A program made the position numbers and the translations under genes. A DNA stretch of 59,392 nt from Octopus bimaculoides. Lineage: Eukaryota. Below, in pieces: positions 12,635-24,464 of this stretch; position 1 is the first letter of the stretch; each line of letters opens with the position of its first letter. The stretch spans positions 94,986,640 through 95,046,031 of the forward strand of contig NC_068982.1 in the NCBI RefSeq assembly GCF_001194135.2. Reading direction: 5' to 3'. The notes below the pieces were generated by a model. It did no database searches and was not told where the DNA came from. It saw only the letters and a list, made by a program, of their open reading frames with translations.

Positions 12635-13750
12635 ATGGCGTACTCAAACAACACTAACTATCAACAATTTATTTACCAGAGAGATCCACTTAGAGAGGCT
12701 TTAGAACTTTATGGCACGCCGACAGTTATAGCTTTTGGCGTGTTTGGTAACATTTGGGCAATGTTAACGTTCTATTACACTAGTATTAAACGAATTCCAG
12801 CTACACATTCTATGATGGCGTTAGCAGTTGTTGATAACGGTGTCCTCATTACCATATTATTGATGACTTGGCTTCCGAGACAGAGAATTGACATATACAA
12901 CAAATATGGCTGGTGTCAAATAATAATTCTTTGTAACTTCGTTAGTATATTCCTATCACCATGGTATCTAGTCTGCTTACTTATAGAACGATATCTTGAT
13001 TTGGTTCACCCCTCTTCCCAATGGCGAATAAAAACAACATTTCGTGCACGCCTGATTTCAATTGGACTGGCGATTTTAGCACTTGCCTTTTATCTGCACA
13101 TTGCATGGATATTTGGCGTAGATGAACAAAGTAACCTATGTGGTTTGTGGCCAGGTAGCGCGAATTATTATCATAAATTGAATATTATTGACACTATCAT
13201 TGTTGTTTTACTTCCGACTATTTGTTTTGTCGTTCTTTTATTTCGACTTCTTTTGTACATGTGGTACGATTGCCAAACTCGCCGCTCTCTAAGATGTCTC
13301 CAGCCGAATTTACGACAAAATGCCAACACAACCACGATCGTTACCAATTATAAACCAAATACAGTGATTAATAATCCAACAAATGAAAGGATCTGCCCCA
13401 CTGACATGGGGTTTGATTTAACGACCATGGTAACAACTATAACATTTGCTACAATAGTGCTGACTTTATTAAATAATGCCAGCAGAGTTGCGATGACATT
13501 TGGTAACAGACGATTCACAAAGATTATTTCATACTTTAGCATTGTTAATAATCTAAATTATGCTTGTCGTTTCTATATTTATTTTATTGTGTCCCCAACA
13601 TTTCGTTATCATCTTCGTGAATTACTTCTTAAGACATGCAAATGTATTATTGTTGACTTCTGTCGTCCACGAACGACTGAACAAGATGTTCCAGCCCAAA
13701 GCATTTCTAACAACGAAATGCAAGCAATTCCGAATGACACACAAAACTGA
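12635..13750 (+). CDS. Class A (rhodopsin-like) 7TM GPCR, peptide/FMRFamide-receptor-like orphan group, 371 aa from ATG 12635
   Basis: Uninterrupted ORF with seven hydrophobic segments, TM1 GN, TM2 LAxxD, Cys at TM3 start (GWCQ) and in ECL2 (NLCG), ERYxxxxHP after TM3, TM5 LP, TM7 NYACRFYIY, helix-8 FR, C-terminal Cys cluster and N-terminal NNT sequon. The track's 12554 start is a GTG inside the acceptor tract; an upstream exon could add residues. Confidence 0.93.
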   Translation: MAYSNNTNYQQFIYQRDPLREALELYGTPTVIAFGVFGNIWAMLTFYYTSIKRIPATHSMMALAVVDNGVLITILLMTWLPRQRIDIYNKYGWCQIIILCNFVSIFLSPWYLVCLLIERYLDLVHPSSQWRIKTTFRARLISIGLAILALAFYLHIAWIFGVDEQSNLCGLWPGSANYYHKLNIIDTIIVVLLPTICFVVLLFRLLLYMWYDCQTRRSLRCLQPNLRQNANTTTIVTNYKPNTVINNPTNERICPTDMGFDLTTMVTTITFATIVLTLLNNASRVAMTFGNRRFTKIISYFSIVNNLNYACRFYIYFIVSPTFRYHLRELLLKTCKCIIVDFCRPRTTEQDVPAQSISNNEMQAIPNDTQN

Positions 13751-13766
13751 GTTTCAACTAAATTGA

Positions 13767-13772
13767 AATAAA
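13767..13772 (+). promoter_or_regulatory. Candidate polyadenylation signal for the GPCR
   Basis: AATAAA 17 nt after the stop; another at about 13862. The region is AT-rich, so chance occurrence is plausible. Confidence 0.3.
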
Positions 13773-15281
13773 TTTGTAATATTGATTTGGCTTTTGTTGA
13801 AAACGGCAGTGCATAGCAAAAGATACGTTTTTTTTAAAAGTTTTATGTGGCTTTCAATTATAATAAATGTAATGCTCATTCTTAAACTACGTTTCTCGAA
13901 TCTTATTCAAATAAGCGAATTTTGAATGTTTATTCTGAAAAATAACATGAGGTTTTCTTTTCCTGAAAATTAGTTCTATATTATTGGCTTTTTTCATATT
14001 CACATATTTTAATTTAATTCAATTTAATTTTCAAAAAAAAAAGTATATTTTAGATAAACAAGACAGGGTTTAAACCTGAACTTCCACAATCTAAAGTCCT
14101 CGATATTTTCGCTGCACCTGATATTTTATAACAAAATTTAACATCTCTAAGTATAGCAATTCAAATTCGCTGAAGAAACATCAATTAAGGTTTTATGTTT
14201 TATTTCTTTTTATAAATCAAATTTAATTGATATCCGTTCATTAATATGCTATGAATGTAATACGTATGAAGCAAATTATGAGTTATGACTTAATTAAATT
14301 GACTTATTAAATATAGCACAAATAAATATCAAACAAGATAAGTCTAAGTCGTAATATCAATGCTTCTGCAGCTAAATATGTATATATTATATCAGAGAAT
14401 ATTCTAGGGGATGACATTAAAATTCTCTATAGCTTTTATCAAAGTAATAAAAGAAGAGATTTTGTCCAAACAGTTCAATCTGTCTTGAAAAGCCATTTCT
14501 TTTTTGTATATCGAAAATCTTCAAATATTCTTGCGAAACGTCTATATATTCATGAAACGTCTATATATTCATGTTAAGTTGTTTTCATATGAGATCTCAA
14601 AAGATGTGTCTGTAAATATATATTATTCAGGTGTGACAATTCTGTAAAATTGTATTTCTTTGTCTTTTCAATAAATTTAGTATCCGTTTAATATTCGAAT
14701 TTATGTAGTCCATTTACTTTTATGCACGTTTAAATATAATAATCCATGTTCATTTCAAATATCTCTTTTTGTTACCGTATTTATGCATTTTCTCTACGCT
14801 ACAAACAAAGAAAACTATAGATTAAAATCGCTTGGCCTCAAAGAGACTTCTCTGCACAACACACGCGCGCGCACACATACATACGCACACACATTCAATT
14901 TATATACAAACAAACATNNNNNNNNNNGTGTGTTAAAGAGTATGGAACTCCGTTGATTCCGAACATAAGAATACAATTCTTCTAGTGACTGTTCAATCAA
15001 TAAAGCTCAGAGACGTGTCCCCTCAGTTTTCGGCCAGATTCAGCGAGAAGTTGTGTGACAAGGTTTTGCCATAGGATTATGGGGACAATCTATTCAGCGT
15101 CCTTAGGTATGGGTTCCGTTTAAATGATTTCATGCACAAGGAATGAATCAACGCGAAAATATACAAAAAAATACGTGTGAAAGTTTCAAGCGACTGTAGC
15201 AAACACTGAGCACTCACGTTTCGAAGCGAACTATGAATGATTTGACCAGAATACAACTACACACACAGTTATATAAATATA

Positions 15282-15316
<35 letters not shown>

Positions 15317-16259
15317 TTACATTTATNNNNNNNNNNNNNNNNNNNNNNNNNNNNNNNNNNNNNNNNNNNNNNNNNNNNNNNNNNNNNNNNNNNNNNNNNN
15401 NNNNNNNNNNNNNNNNNNNNNNNNNNNNNNNNNNNNNNNNNNNNNNNNNNNNNNNNNNNNNNNNNNNNNNNNNNNNNNNNNNNNNNNNNNNNNNNNNNNN
15501 NNNNNNNNNNNNNNNNNNNNNNNNNNNNNNNNNNNNNNNNNNNNNNNNNNNNNNNNNNNNNNNNNNNNNNNNNNNNNNNNNNNNNNNNNNNNNNNNNNNN
15601 NNNNNNNNNNNNNNNNNNNNNNNNNNNNNNNNNNNNNNNNNNNNNNNNNNNNNNNNNNNNNNNNNNNNNNNNNNNNNNNNNNNNNNNNNNNNNNNNNNNN
15701 NNNNNNNNNNNNNNNNNNNNNNNNNNNNNNNNNNNNNNNNNNNNNNNNNNNNNNNNNNNNNNNNNNNNNNNNNNNNNNNNNNNNNNNNNNNNNNNNNNNN
15801 NNNNNNNNNNNNNNNNNNNNNNNNNNNNNNNNNNNNNNNNNNNNNNNNNNNNNNNNNNNNNNNNNNNNNNNNNNNNNNNNNNNNNNNNNNNNNNNNNNNN
15901 NNNNNNNNNNNNNNNNNNNNNNNNNNNNNNNNNNNNNNNNNNNNNNNNNNNNNNNNNNNNNNNNNNNNNNNNNNNNNNNNNNNNNNNNNNNNNNNNNNNN
16001 NNNNNNNNNNNNNNNNNNNNNNNNNNNNNNNNNNNNNNNNNNNNNNNNNNNNNNNNNNNNNNNNNNNNNNNNNNNNNNNNNNNNNNNNNNNNNNNNNNNN
16101 NNNNNNNNNNNNNNNNNNNNNNNNNNNNNNNNNNNNNNNNNNNNNNNNNNNNNNNNNNNNNNNNNNNNNNNNNNNNNNNNNNNNNNNNNNNNNNNNNNNN
16201 NNNNNNNNNNNNNNNNNNNNNNNNNNNNNNNNNNNNNNNATATATATATATATATATAT

Positions 16260-17056
16260 ATACAGATTTATTTCAGTATGGAGTAAGACTGCCTTTGGCA
16301 GTAATTACAGTTTGAATTCTACGAGAGATGTACTCGTACAAAGTTTGAATTGTTTCCAAAGGAATTTTCATCCATTCGTCAGCTAAAACAGTCTCCAGTT
16401 CTTGTAGTGATCGTAGTGGAGGATATCGACTCCTAACTTGTTTTTCTAAAATGCTCCATAAATGTTCAATAATATTAAGATCTGTGGTGGCTAGATAATA
16501 TGTTTAACTTCACTAGAATGTTCCTTGTAACATTTAGTAACAACTTTAGCAGTGTGAATTGGTGCATTATTACCCTGAAAGATTGCGTTTCCCTCCGGAA
16601 ACAGTTCCGCAATCATAGGATGAATTTGATCAGATAAAATGCTTAAATAGCTTTGACTATTAATTCTCCCATGAAAGAAAACCATTGGGCCGGCGGATTT
16701 CCAAGAAATAGCGCCTAGATCATCACAGATCCTCCTCCATGTTTAACAGTTGGAAGAAGGCACTCTGGGTCAAATGCTTCTTTTGGCTATCACCACACGT
16801 ATATTAGGCCGGTGGTCGGAAATGAGGTAAAGGATTAACTCGTCCGAGAGAGTAACATTCTTCCACTGTTCTAGGGACCAATTCTGTCGGATTTTACTCC
16901 ACTCTAAACGCTTGTTTTTGATAGTAGTGGTCTTCTAATTGCATCTCTCCCGTGAAATCCGGGTTTGTGCAGGTCCCGGCGAACATTTGTTATGGAAACT
17001 GGGTTCTCGAGGTGGTTATTAATCTCTGCAATAATTTTGGGAGCTGTACTTTTGTG
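16260..17056 (-). mobile_element. Tc1-like transposon, decayed, running into a gap
   Basis: HKSTAPKIIAEINNHLENPVSITNVRRDLHKPGFHGR (Tc1 HTH region) and GRINSQSYLSILSDQIHP...AIFQGNNAPIHTAK (degenerate QQDNAPxH). Confidence 0.85.
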
Positions 17057-17853
17057 NNNNNNNNNNNNNNNNNNNNNNNNNNNNNNNNNNNNNNNNNNNN
17101 NNNNNNNNNNNNNNNNNNNNNNNNNNNNNNNNNNNNNNNNNNNNNNNNNNNNNNNNNNNNNNNNNNNNNNNNNNNNNNNNNNNNNNNNNNNNNNNNNNNN
17201 NNNNNNNNNNNNNNNNNNNNNNNNNNNNNNNNNNNNNNNNNNNNNNNNNNNNNNNNNNNNNNNNNNNNNNNNNNNNNNNNNNNNNNNNNNNNNNNNNNNN
17301 NNNNNNNNNNNNNNNNNNNNNNNNNNNNNNNNNNNNNNNNNNNNNNNNNNNNNNNNNNNNNNNNNNNNNNNNNNNNNNNNNNNNNNNNNNNNNNNNNNNN
17401 NNNNNNNNNNNNNNNNNNNNNNNNNNNNNNNNNNNNNNNNNNNNNNNNNNNNNNNNNNNNNNNNNNNNNNNNNNNNNNNNNNNNNNNNNNNNNNNNNNNN
17501 NNNNNNNNNNNNNNNNNNNNNNNNNNNNNNNNNNNNNNNNNNNNNNNNNNNNNNNNNNNNNNNNNNNNNNNNNNNNNNNNNNNNNNNNNNNNNNNNNNNN
17601 NNNNNNNNNNNNNNNNNNNNNNNNNNNNNNNNNNNNNNNNNNNNNNNNNNNNNNNNNNNNNNNNNNNNNNNNNNNNNNNNNNATATATATATATATACGC
17701 AGACACAAACACAAACAGATATCCGCAATGAGATACCATAAAGGAACTACTAAGTGTATCAAAACATCTACATTGCTGGAAATAAGAGCTAAAATCCTTT
17801 AATGCTGTAAGAAAATCATAGAAATGTATACATATATGCTCACATATGTGTGG

Positions 17854-17907
17854 TCCTCACTGATGAAGGCTAAGTATATAGCCGAAACTAGATATTCAGT
17901 CTAAGGA
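17854..17907 (+). ncRNA. Type I hammerhead ribozyme motif
   Basis: CTGATGA 17860-66; extra A; stem II GGCTA/TAGCC with loop AGTATA; GAAA 17884-87; short stem III ACT/AGT; GTC cleavage triplet 17899-17901; stem I TCCTCA/TAAGGA (5 of 6 pairs). Confidence 0.8.
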
Positions 17908-18974
17908 ATTCTTGAGACGGTGTTTGAGTAGTTTCAGTCCCGAGAGATGACCGAAGATAAAGTAAAGATAGAGAGTAAAGAAGAGTAAATAAAGTAAAAT
18001 GAGGACAAATATATGGGTGCATAAATAAAGCTAATAAGGTATAGGGTCAGGGTTTAGGGTTCACTAGTTAAGACTAAAGATCAAATAGAGAAGGGCGTAG
18101 ATGAACCGAATTTAGGGGTATTTTGTAGATATAGGTTGAATGTTGGGGAAGTGTACGAAGGAAATCGAATGATTTTTTCTAACTATTGTGAAATTGTAGA
18201 GTTTTGTGCGATTGATTTATCTGGTGAACGAGAAAGATATAGGATGTTGTTATAGATACGAATATGTTATATGGGATAGTGGAGGCTAGTTATAACACTC
18301 GGACATGCGTGCCGGGAAAGAAATTATTACCTTAAATAAAGCGTCGGGAAATACCTGTTAGTAATAGTAGTGTATTACTTGTCATGAAGAAGTTCAATGA
18401 ATGAGGGAGTTATATAATAAATTACAGCTAGTATCGAGTTAGAGGAAATACCGGATCGGATATCAAAATAAGCCAAAAGTTGGAAGTAGTCTAGTGATTA
18501 ACAATTTGCAATATTATATAAGTGGCGTTCATATTATTGAATTAGATAATATAATCACCATTGTGTGAATCAGGTATTGCAAATCTGACCAATAGTTACA
18601 GGTAAGCGGTTGAGATTGTGTGTCCCTTCAATTATTTAACTTGCGCATCACAAATAACTGTATTTAGGTATAAGGATTACTTATATAGAGAAATTGGAAG
18701 AGAATTGTCTATGGTGTGCCGGCTGCGACTTTTAGGTTAGATATTATCGCGATCGCTTCTTCATAATGATGGGTAAACTACAAATGGAATGATTAGCTCC
18801 TTCAATATCGCATACTACGCAAGTAATGTTATTGGGGTTATATAGTAAGGGTGTTTAGGAAGCGAAGAGCGAGAATAGGAAGCAGACGATTAAGCAGATC
18901 AATCGACTTTTGGGTCATCATAAGAGGGAGTGAATTTGATTGGCCCTAGCATAGGAGCTATTATGTTTAATGTT

Positions 18975-19334
18975 CTAAAAATATTTTAAGGGAACCCTAA
19001 AATACTTAAAGGTAGCCTTATGTATACAAGAAAGACGAAGGTCTAGTTTGTTATCAATTAGATTTTCCCTATTTCATCTCTTTAAACTTTCAAACAACTC
19101 CATGCAGCAACGTCTGCATCTATATCTGCTGTTTGAGTACGGTTTGGCGTACATAAAGTTGCCCCATTTCAAATCGAATTTAACATTGTTATCCTCGAGT
19201 TGCCAAATCATCGTGGCTAGAGAAGTCCTGCCTACCCTATGTCTTACTTTAAAGGATAAATAGTCGTTGCGTAAGCGTTGCTTCAGACTAACAGAGCAGC
19301 CAATATAAGTACTTCCTGGTGCATATCTTTTCAA
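18975..19334 (-). mobile_element. Penelope-like element C-terminal GIY-YIG endonuclease remnant
   Basis: TYIGCSVSLKQRLRNDYLSFK...TSLATMIWQLEDNNVKFDLKW...AKPYSNSRYRCRRCCME continues past an in-frame TGA (19074-76) as NRENLIDNKLDLRLSCIHK to TAG at 18975-77, matching the PLE pattern YIG...R...H..SF...T.LS..IW.LK...W...AKPY...C.LC..E...N...CRH. Confidence 0.8.
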
Positions 19335-19367
19335 TCACCCGATTCTATCTGAATTCTTACTGTACAC

Positions 19368-19436
<69 letters not shown>

Positions 19437-20353
19437 TGTGTGAGTGTGTGTGTGTGAGAGAGAGAGACAGTACTTGACAGTGGTCAAAATGATCAAGAAA
19501 AAATATATTCCTATGAAAGTGAAGGAAAATCAATACGTAGATATTGGGACTGGAAATAATGACCACTGTGTGTAAGCGCACAAATGAGACTTTCTACCTT
19601 TCTTATTGCCTTACTGTGCTTGTGCACGTATGGATTTACAAACCCAAACGCACACACAAGCACACACACACGCGCACAAACATACACATACACACACACA
19701 CACACGCACGCGCGCATATTCGCACGCACATAGACATGCAGGCATGGAACACTGCAATGGAGTAGGATAGTCGATAGAACGTTGGATAGAATGCCGTGAT
19801 CACCATGATCAAATTACCTATTTTGCTTCGGGGCTGATGATGAAAAATACATACAGTCCAAGATGGTTCTCAAAACGCCAGACTGAACACCTTGCTGCAT
19901 TCGTACTGGTTCTCTGCATTCTGTGCTCAAATCTCACCGCACCGTACTTAGTTGACAAAGTTCCGTCAATTACCGGGTTTTAATTGTTCTATCTGGTATC
20001 TTCTTTACATTTCAGTGGATTGTCCTCCATATTGCAAGAATTCGGACCAGGTTTCCTGTTTGACGCTACATATTTCGCGTACTCATATCAATAAGGAATC
20101 ATATATGGGTACAGGATGTCACCAAATGTGCAAACACCATGAAATACATAAAAACAGGACAAGTAAACACAGAGGAAGGACCCGTCATTAGTTGTCTATC
20201 TACTCTTCATTTTGAGCATTCAACGACAATATGAGTTTCCAAAGGCAGTTGCTCAGATAAAGACTAAAATAAAAATTAGGATTTATGGAGGGTCAAATTT
20301 GGGAACAAAAACAGGGCAATGGAGACACACAAGAAAACCGTCGTCCTGTACCA

Positions 20354-20390
<37 letters not shown>

Positions 20391-22675
20391 NNNNNNNNNN
20401 NNNNNNNNNNNNNNNNNNNNNNNNNNNNNNNNNNNNNNNNNNNNNNNNNNNNNNNNNNNNNNNNNNNNNNNNNNNNNNNNNNNNNNNNNNNNNNNNNNNN
20501 NNNNNNNNNNNNNNNNNNNNNNNNNNNNNNNNNNNNNNNNNNNNNNNNNNNNNNNNNNNNNNNNNNNNNNNNNNNNNNNNNNNNNNNNNNNNNNNNNNNN
20601 NNNNNNNNNNNNNNNNNNNNNNNNNNNNNNNNNNNNNNNNNNNNNNNNNNNNNNNNNNNNNNNNNNNNNNNNNNNNNNNNNNNNNNNNNNNNNNNNNNNN
20701 NNNNNNNNNNNNNNNNNNNNNNNNNNNNNNNNNNNNNNNNNNNNNNNNNNNNNNNNNNNNNNNNNNNNNNNNNNNNNNNNNNNNNNNNNNNNNNNNNNNN
20801 NNNNNATACATTTATGTATGTGTGTGTTTGTAAGAAACAGAGTGTGAGTGAGTCAAGGGGTGTGTTGTCATATGCATCCATCATTTTTGGATGTATGTGT
20901 GCGTGTGTGTGTGTGTGAGACAGAGTGAGAGAGCGGTGTGTATGTAGTATTTACTCTCTCTCACTCTCTCTCTCTCTCTCTGTCACACACACACACACGT
21001 CCATTTCATCTGATGTGTAATACTATGTGTGTGTGTGTGTGTGCGTGCGTGCGGGTGTGCGTGCGTGCGTGCGTGAGGGGTTCCACAATCGCAATTACAC
21101 TTGTGAGGATATTCACGTAAATCATTTGTTTCATTTAATCCCCATTTTAATTTTCGTAAAAGTTTCCAAGTACCAATAAGCAACAATTTCATTCCCGAGC
21201 AACGCCCGGTGCCTCTGCTAGTATATNNNNNNNNNNAGAACACACACACATATGGTTTTATTTTTATTACATAATTGACAGAAGTTACAGTGAACACGAA
21301 TCGTGATTTGAAGTCTTTCGAGGAAAGCAACTATTTGAAAGCGTGTATGGATCGACCATAGTACAAGACTTACTTTTAACCTTCAGTATTCAACAAAGTG
21401 ATTTTGTCTGCGCATAAATTTTATTAGAGAGAATGGAGTTACGCGAAAAACAACATTAGTGGAGTAAAGATTATGCTTCGTTTCAATGAGAAATCACACC
21501 TTTGGGATTTAAACGGACATCCTTAACCCTTACTTCCACTGAGGTATTTATTATATTCTCCTCAAAGTACAATTTCAAATGTGATTAGTTTCAAAACGTA
21601 GTGAAAGCGTGTGTATTCCTTCCTCAAGATATGCTGTAAGCTTGCCGAGTACATACATCTTTCTTTACAGTTACAGCAACAGCTACTTCATATATATGCA
21701 TACAGGACCAACAGTTTTTAAAATCAGGTTATTGTTAATACATGCGTTCATATTTTTTCCTTTGAACTTCCTGAACTCACAACGTAAAAGAAGCTAACAA
21801 ATTACCCTATGGCATTTTGTTTATAGTAAGCAAAAATCCTCATTCTTTTATATATAGATATGATGTATCATAAAAATATCTGACATTACTAGTATAGCAA
21901 CATTTATAGCTGCAATAGATTATAACAATGCATTTTTAGTTATATTATCTGTTATTTGTCTGAGTCCAAGTGATTTCTTACTATGTCGCAAACATTTAAT
22001 ACATGTCATATTCTGCTAAAGTCATCTCTGTCTCGTAGCGACGACGTATTATAAGATAGTAGAGATAGTCGTGAAAGCAGAAAAGTCCTGAAATTTAGTT
22101 TGATATCGTTATATTCCGACTACAAAAATATTTGACTTAGACCGGCTTTTCAACTTGATGGAATAATATCAGTAATATGTTAGAGTCGGTTCAATTGATT
22201 ATATCGGTTAATGATTTCTACATACATGAAATAGTTCCATCTATACAGATAAAATACTATTTGCCTCGAGTCATTTACGAAACATTCTGCCAGAGAAATT
22301 TTGTTATTACTGAATACGTAAAATGTTAGTGAAAATTAAATATTAAACCTTACAGTCAAATCAAATGAAGTTGTTCTCGAGTAAAAGTAACAATAGAAAA
22401 ATTCAAGTTAATGCTCTACTCTGCAATAGCAAATTTATATTGTGTGTGGGTATTACTGGTGCCGTTATCGGTGTTTTTGTTGTATTAGTAGCGGTGGTAG
22501 TGCCTGTATTGATAAGAAACAATAAGAACTGGTGGTCTGAAATCATATAAAGAAATGTGAATTAAAACGGAATAACGAAATGTTATATGCGATACTCAGC
22601 TGATGTAAGCATTATTAAAGCTTAAAGTAAATGTGTATGTGCTCGTTAAATTTGCGAGTGTGTGAGTAAGAGAAA

Positions 22676-22679
<4 letters not shown>

Positions 22680-22762
<83 letters not shown>
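22680..22762. repeat. (AG)n microsatellite
   Basis: Direct. Other long tracts include (TG)n 19370-19455, (AG)n 36505-36572, (TA)n 38458-38548 and (TG)n 45947-46041. Confidence 0.97.
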
Positions 22763-22765
<3 letters not shown>

Positions 22766-23114
22766 GAGAAGGAGAGAGAAGGAAAGAGAGAGTGTGTGTG
22801 TGTGAGAGAGACTATGTGTGCGTTTGTACGAGTTTGTTCATGTTCTCTTGATTGTAAGAAGCCATTAACATACAAAAAATATTCGCTAATTGTATTTGTA
22901 TACATGATCGGAAGAGGATTAATTCTGCATACGATTTCCAATACACATGCGCGCGCGCGCATACACATACACACACACACACACACATACACACACACAC
23001 TCGCACACACTCACACGCGCGCTCTGTGTGCGTGTCTGTGTGTATGTGTGTGTGTGTGTGTGTGTGCGCGTGTGTGTGTGTGTGTGCGCGCGCATACCTA
23101 TGCGTCTATTATCA

Positions 23115-23320
23115 GGCGGTGAACTGGCACATCTTCAACACGTCTTCAGCTCGTCCGACGAAATGCTTAGCGGCATTTTTTTACGCCTCTTTAGTCTCAG
23201 ACTACGAATCCCAGCCAAGTCAACTTTGCGCTTTATCTCTTCGGAATCAATAAAATAAAGAATAAACCAAATATCGGAGATGTAATCGACTTGTTACTCA
23301 ACCCTTGAAATTGCTCGTCT
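23115..23320 (+). mobile_element. Degenerate SINE, family A
   Basis: GGCGGTGAACTGGC head, GAAATGCTTAGCGGCATTT, TTTATCTCTTCGGAATCAATAAAAT core and TGTAATCGACT. Confidence 0.65.
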
Positions 23321-24279
23321 TGTTACCTGCAACGGACCGGCGTCCGTCATGGGAATGTTGTAATCTCGGTCACTTATGCACAATGGAAACTGGGCAACTG
23401 GCGATATGAATCCTAGTATGCAATAAAAATTAAAATGTATGTGTGTATTACGTGAATGGTGATGAAAAGTTGCTGGCTTTGGGTATAAGAAAATACAGGG
23501 GGATCAGTTAATTGCGCTTTTATTTAACATATCCTTCTCTGAGATTCATTCACTTATTGTAGCGGTCCTTCAGTTTGTCTAAGCCCTATAAAATAGCTCG
23601 GAAGGTTGGGTCTCCAACCAAGAATTTTACGTCGCCCTTTAAGCCGGAACTTTTCGCCCCCGCCCCTCGTACATATAGTGCTTTTTATTCACACTAGGTG
23701 CTGAAACGTCAAATCTTTTACTATGTGTTTGCATTTTATTATTAGCTACTGGTTTTTATGTATTTATCATTCGTATACATATCCATTGATGTGATTTGTC
23801 ATTTGTAGACATATCCATTGACGTAAATTTGTATAGAAACATATTCTGCAAAGAGATGTCCTAATTAGGAGAGAAAAAAATCCAGTGTTAAAACTACGGC
23901 CGTAGAAAAAATACGAAGAGGAAGAGGTAACGGATTACAATGTAGAAGGAATAGTACGGAAAGAAGTAGCAATACGCAAGTGTAGGCAATTTTGAGGGAA
24001 TACTGAAGGATGTCGGGGAGAGCGATTGAACTTACAGGTTAGTGTAGCAACAGTGAAAGCTTGATAAAAGGAAGGAGCAAGTCAGGTGAAAGGAGAGACA
24101 GATGAGGATTAGATCAGGTGAGTTAAGTAAAGTGGAATAAGACAGGATGAGGGTAACAACTGATAAAAGGGATTATACAGTTTAAAGATATGTACATGGA
24201 AAGTAAGAACGATGAAATGAGTGTACGGAAAATGGATAGTATGATCTAATGAGTGGTAAGGATCATAAGAGAAAATCAC

Positions 24280-24464
24280 CTGTTTCTGGGGGCTCAGTGG
24301 ACCAAAAGGATATTTGTAAATTGATTCCATCATCTCCGTCTTCAGACAAAAATTTTACATTAGAAGTGTTGATAGAATTGAGTTTAAAGATGGAATCATT
24401 AAACTCTATTTTGTCAACACTTCAAATGTTTTATTATTTTGGACCATCAAGCCCCCAGAAACAG
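24280..24464. mobile_element. MITE-like element with 28-bp terminal inverted repeats
   Basis: 24280-24307 CTGTTTCTGGGGGCTCAGTGGACCAAAA versus the reverse complement of 24437-24464, 24/28 matches; no clear TSD. Confidence 0.5.

Noticed and set aside
14535-14573. 19-bp tandem duplication; also (TCTTTCA)4 near 41780 and short duplications near 23780 and 53080
   Set aside because: Ordinary slippage products.
19074-19076. In-frame TGA in the PLE GIY-YIG frame as possible selenocysteine
   Set aside because: It falls in a poorly conserved linker rather than at a Cys position, the copy is otherwise decayed, and no SECIS was identified; a nonsense mutation is simpler.
19829-19890. CTGATGA...CAAAACGCC as a second hammerhead
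   Set aside because: GAAA and GUC are both altered and stem II is weak; at best a dead relic.
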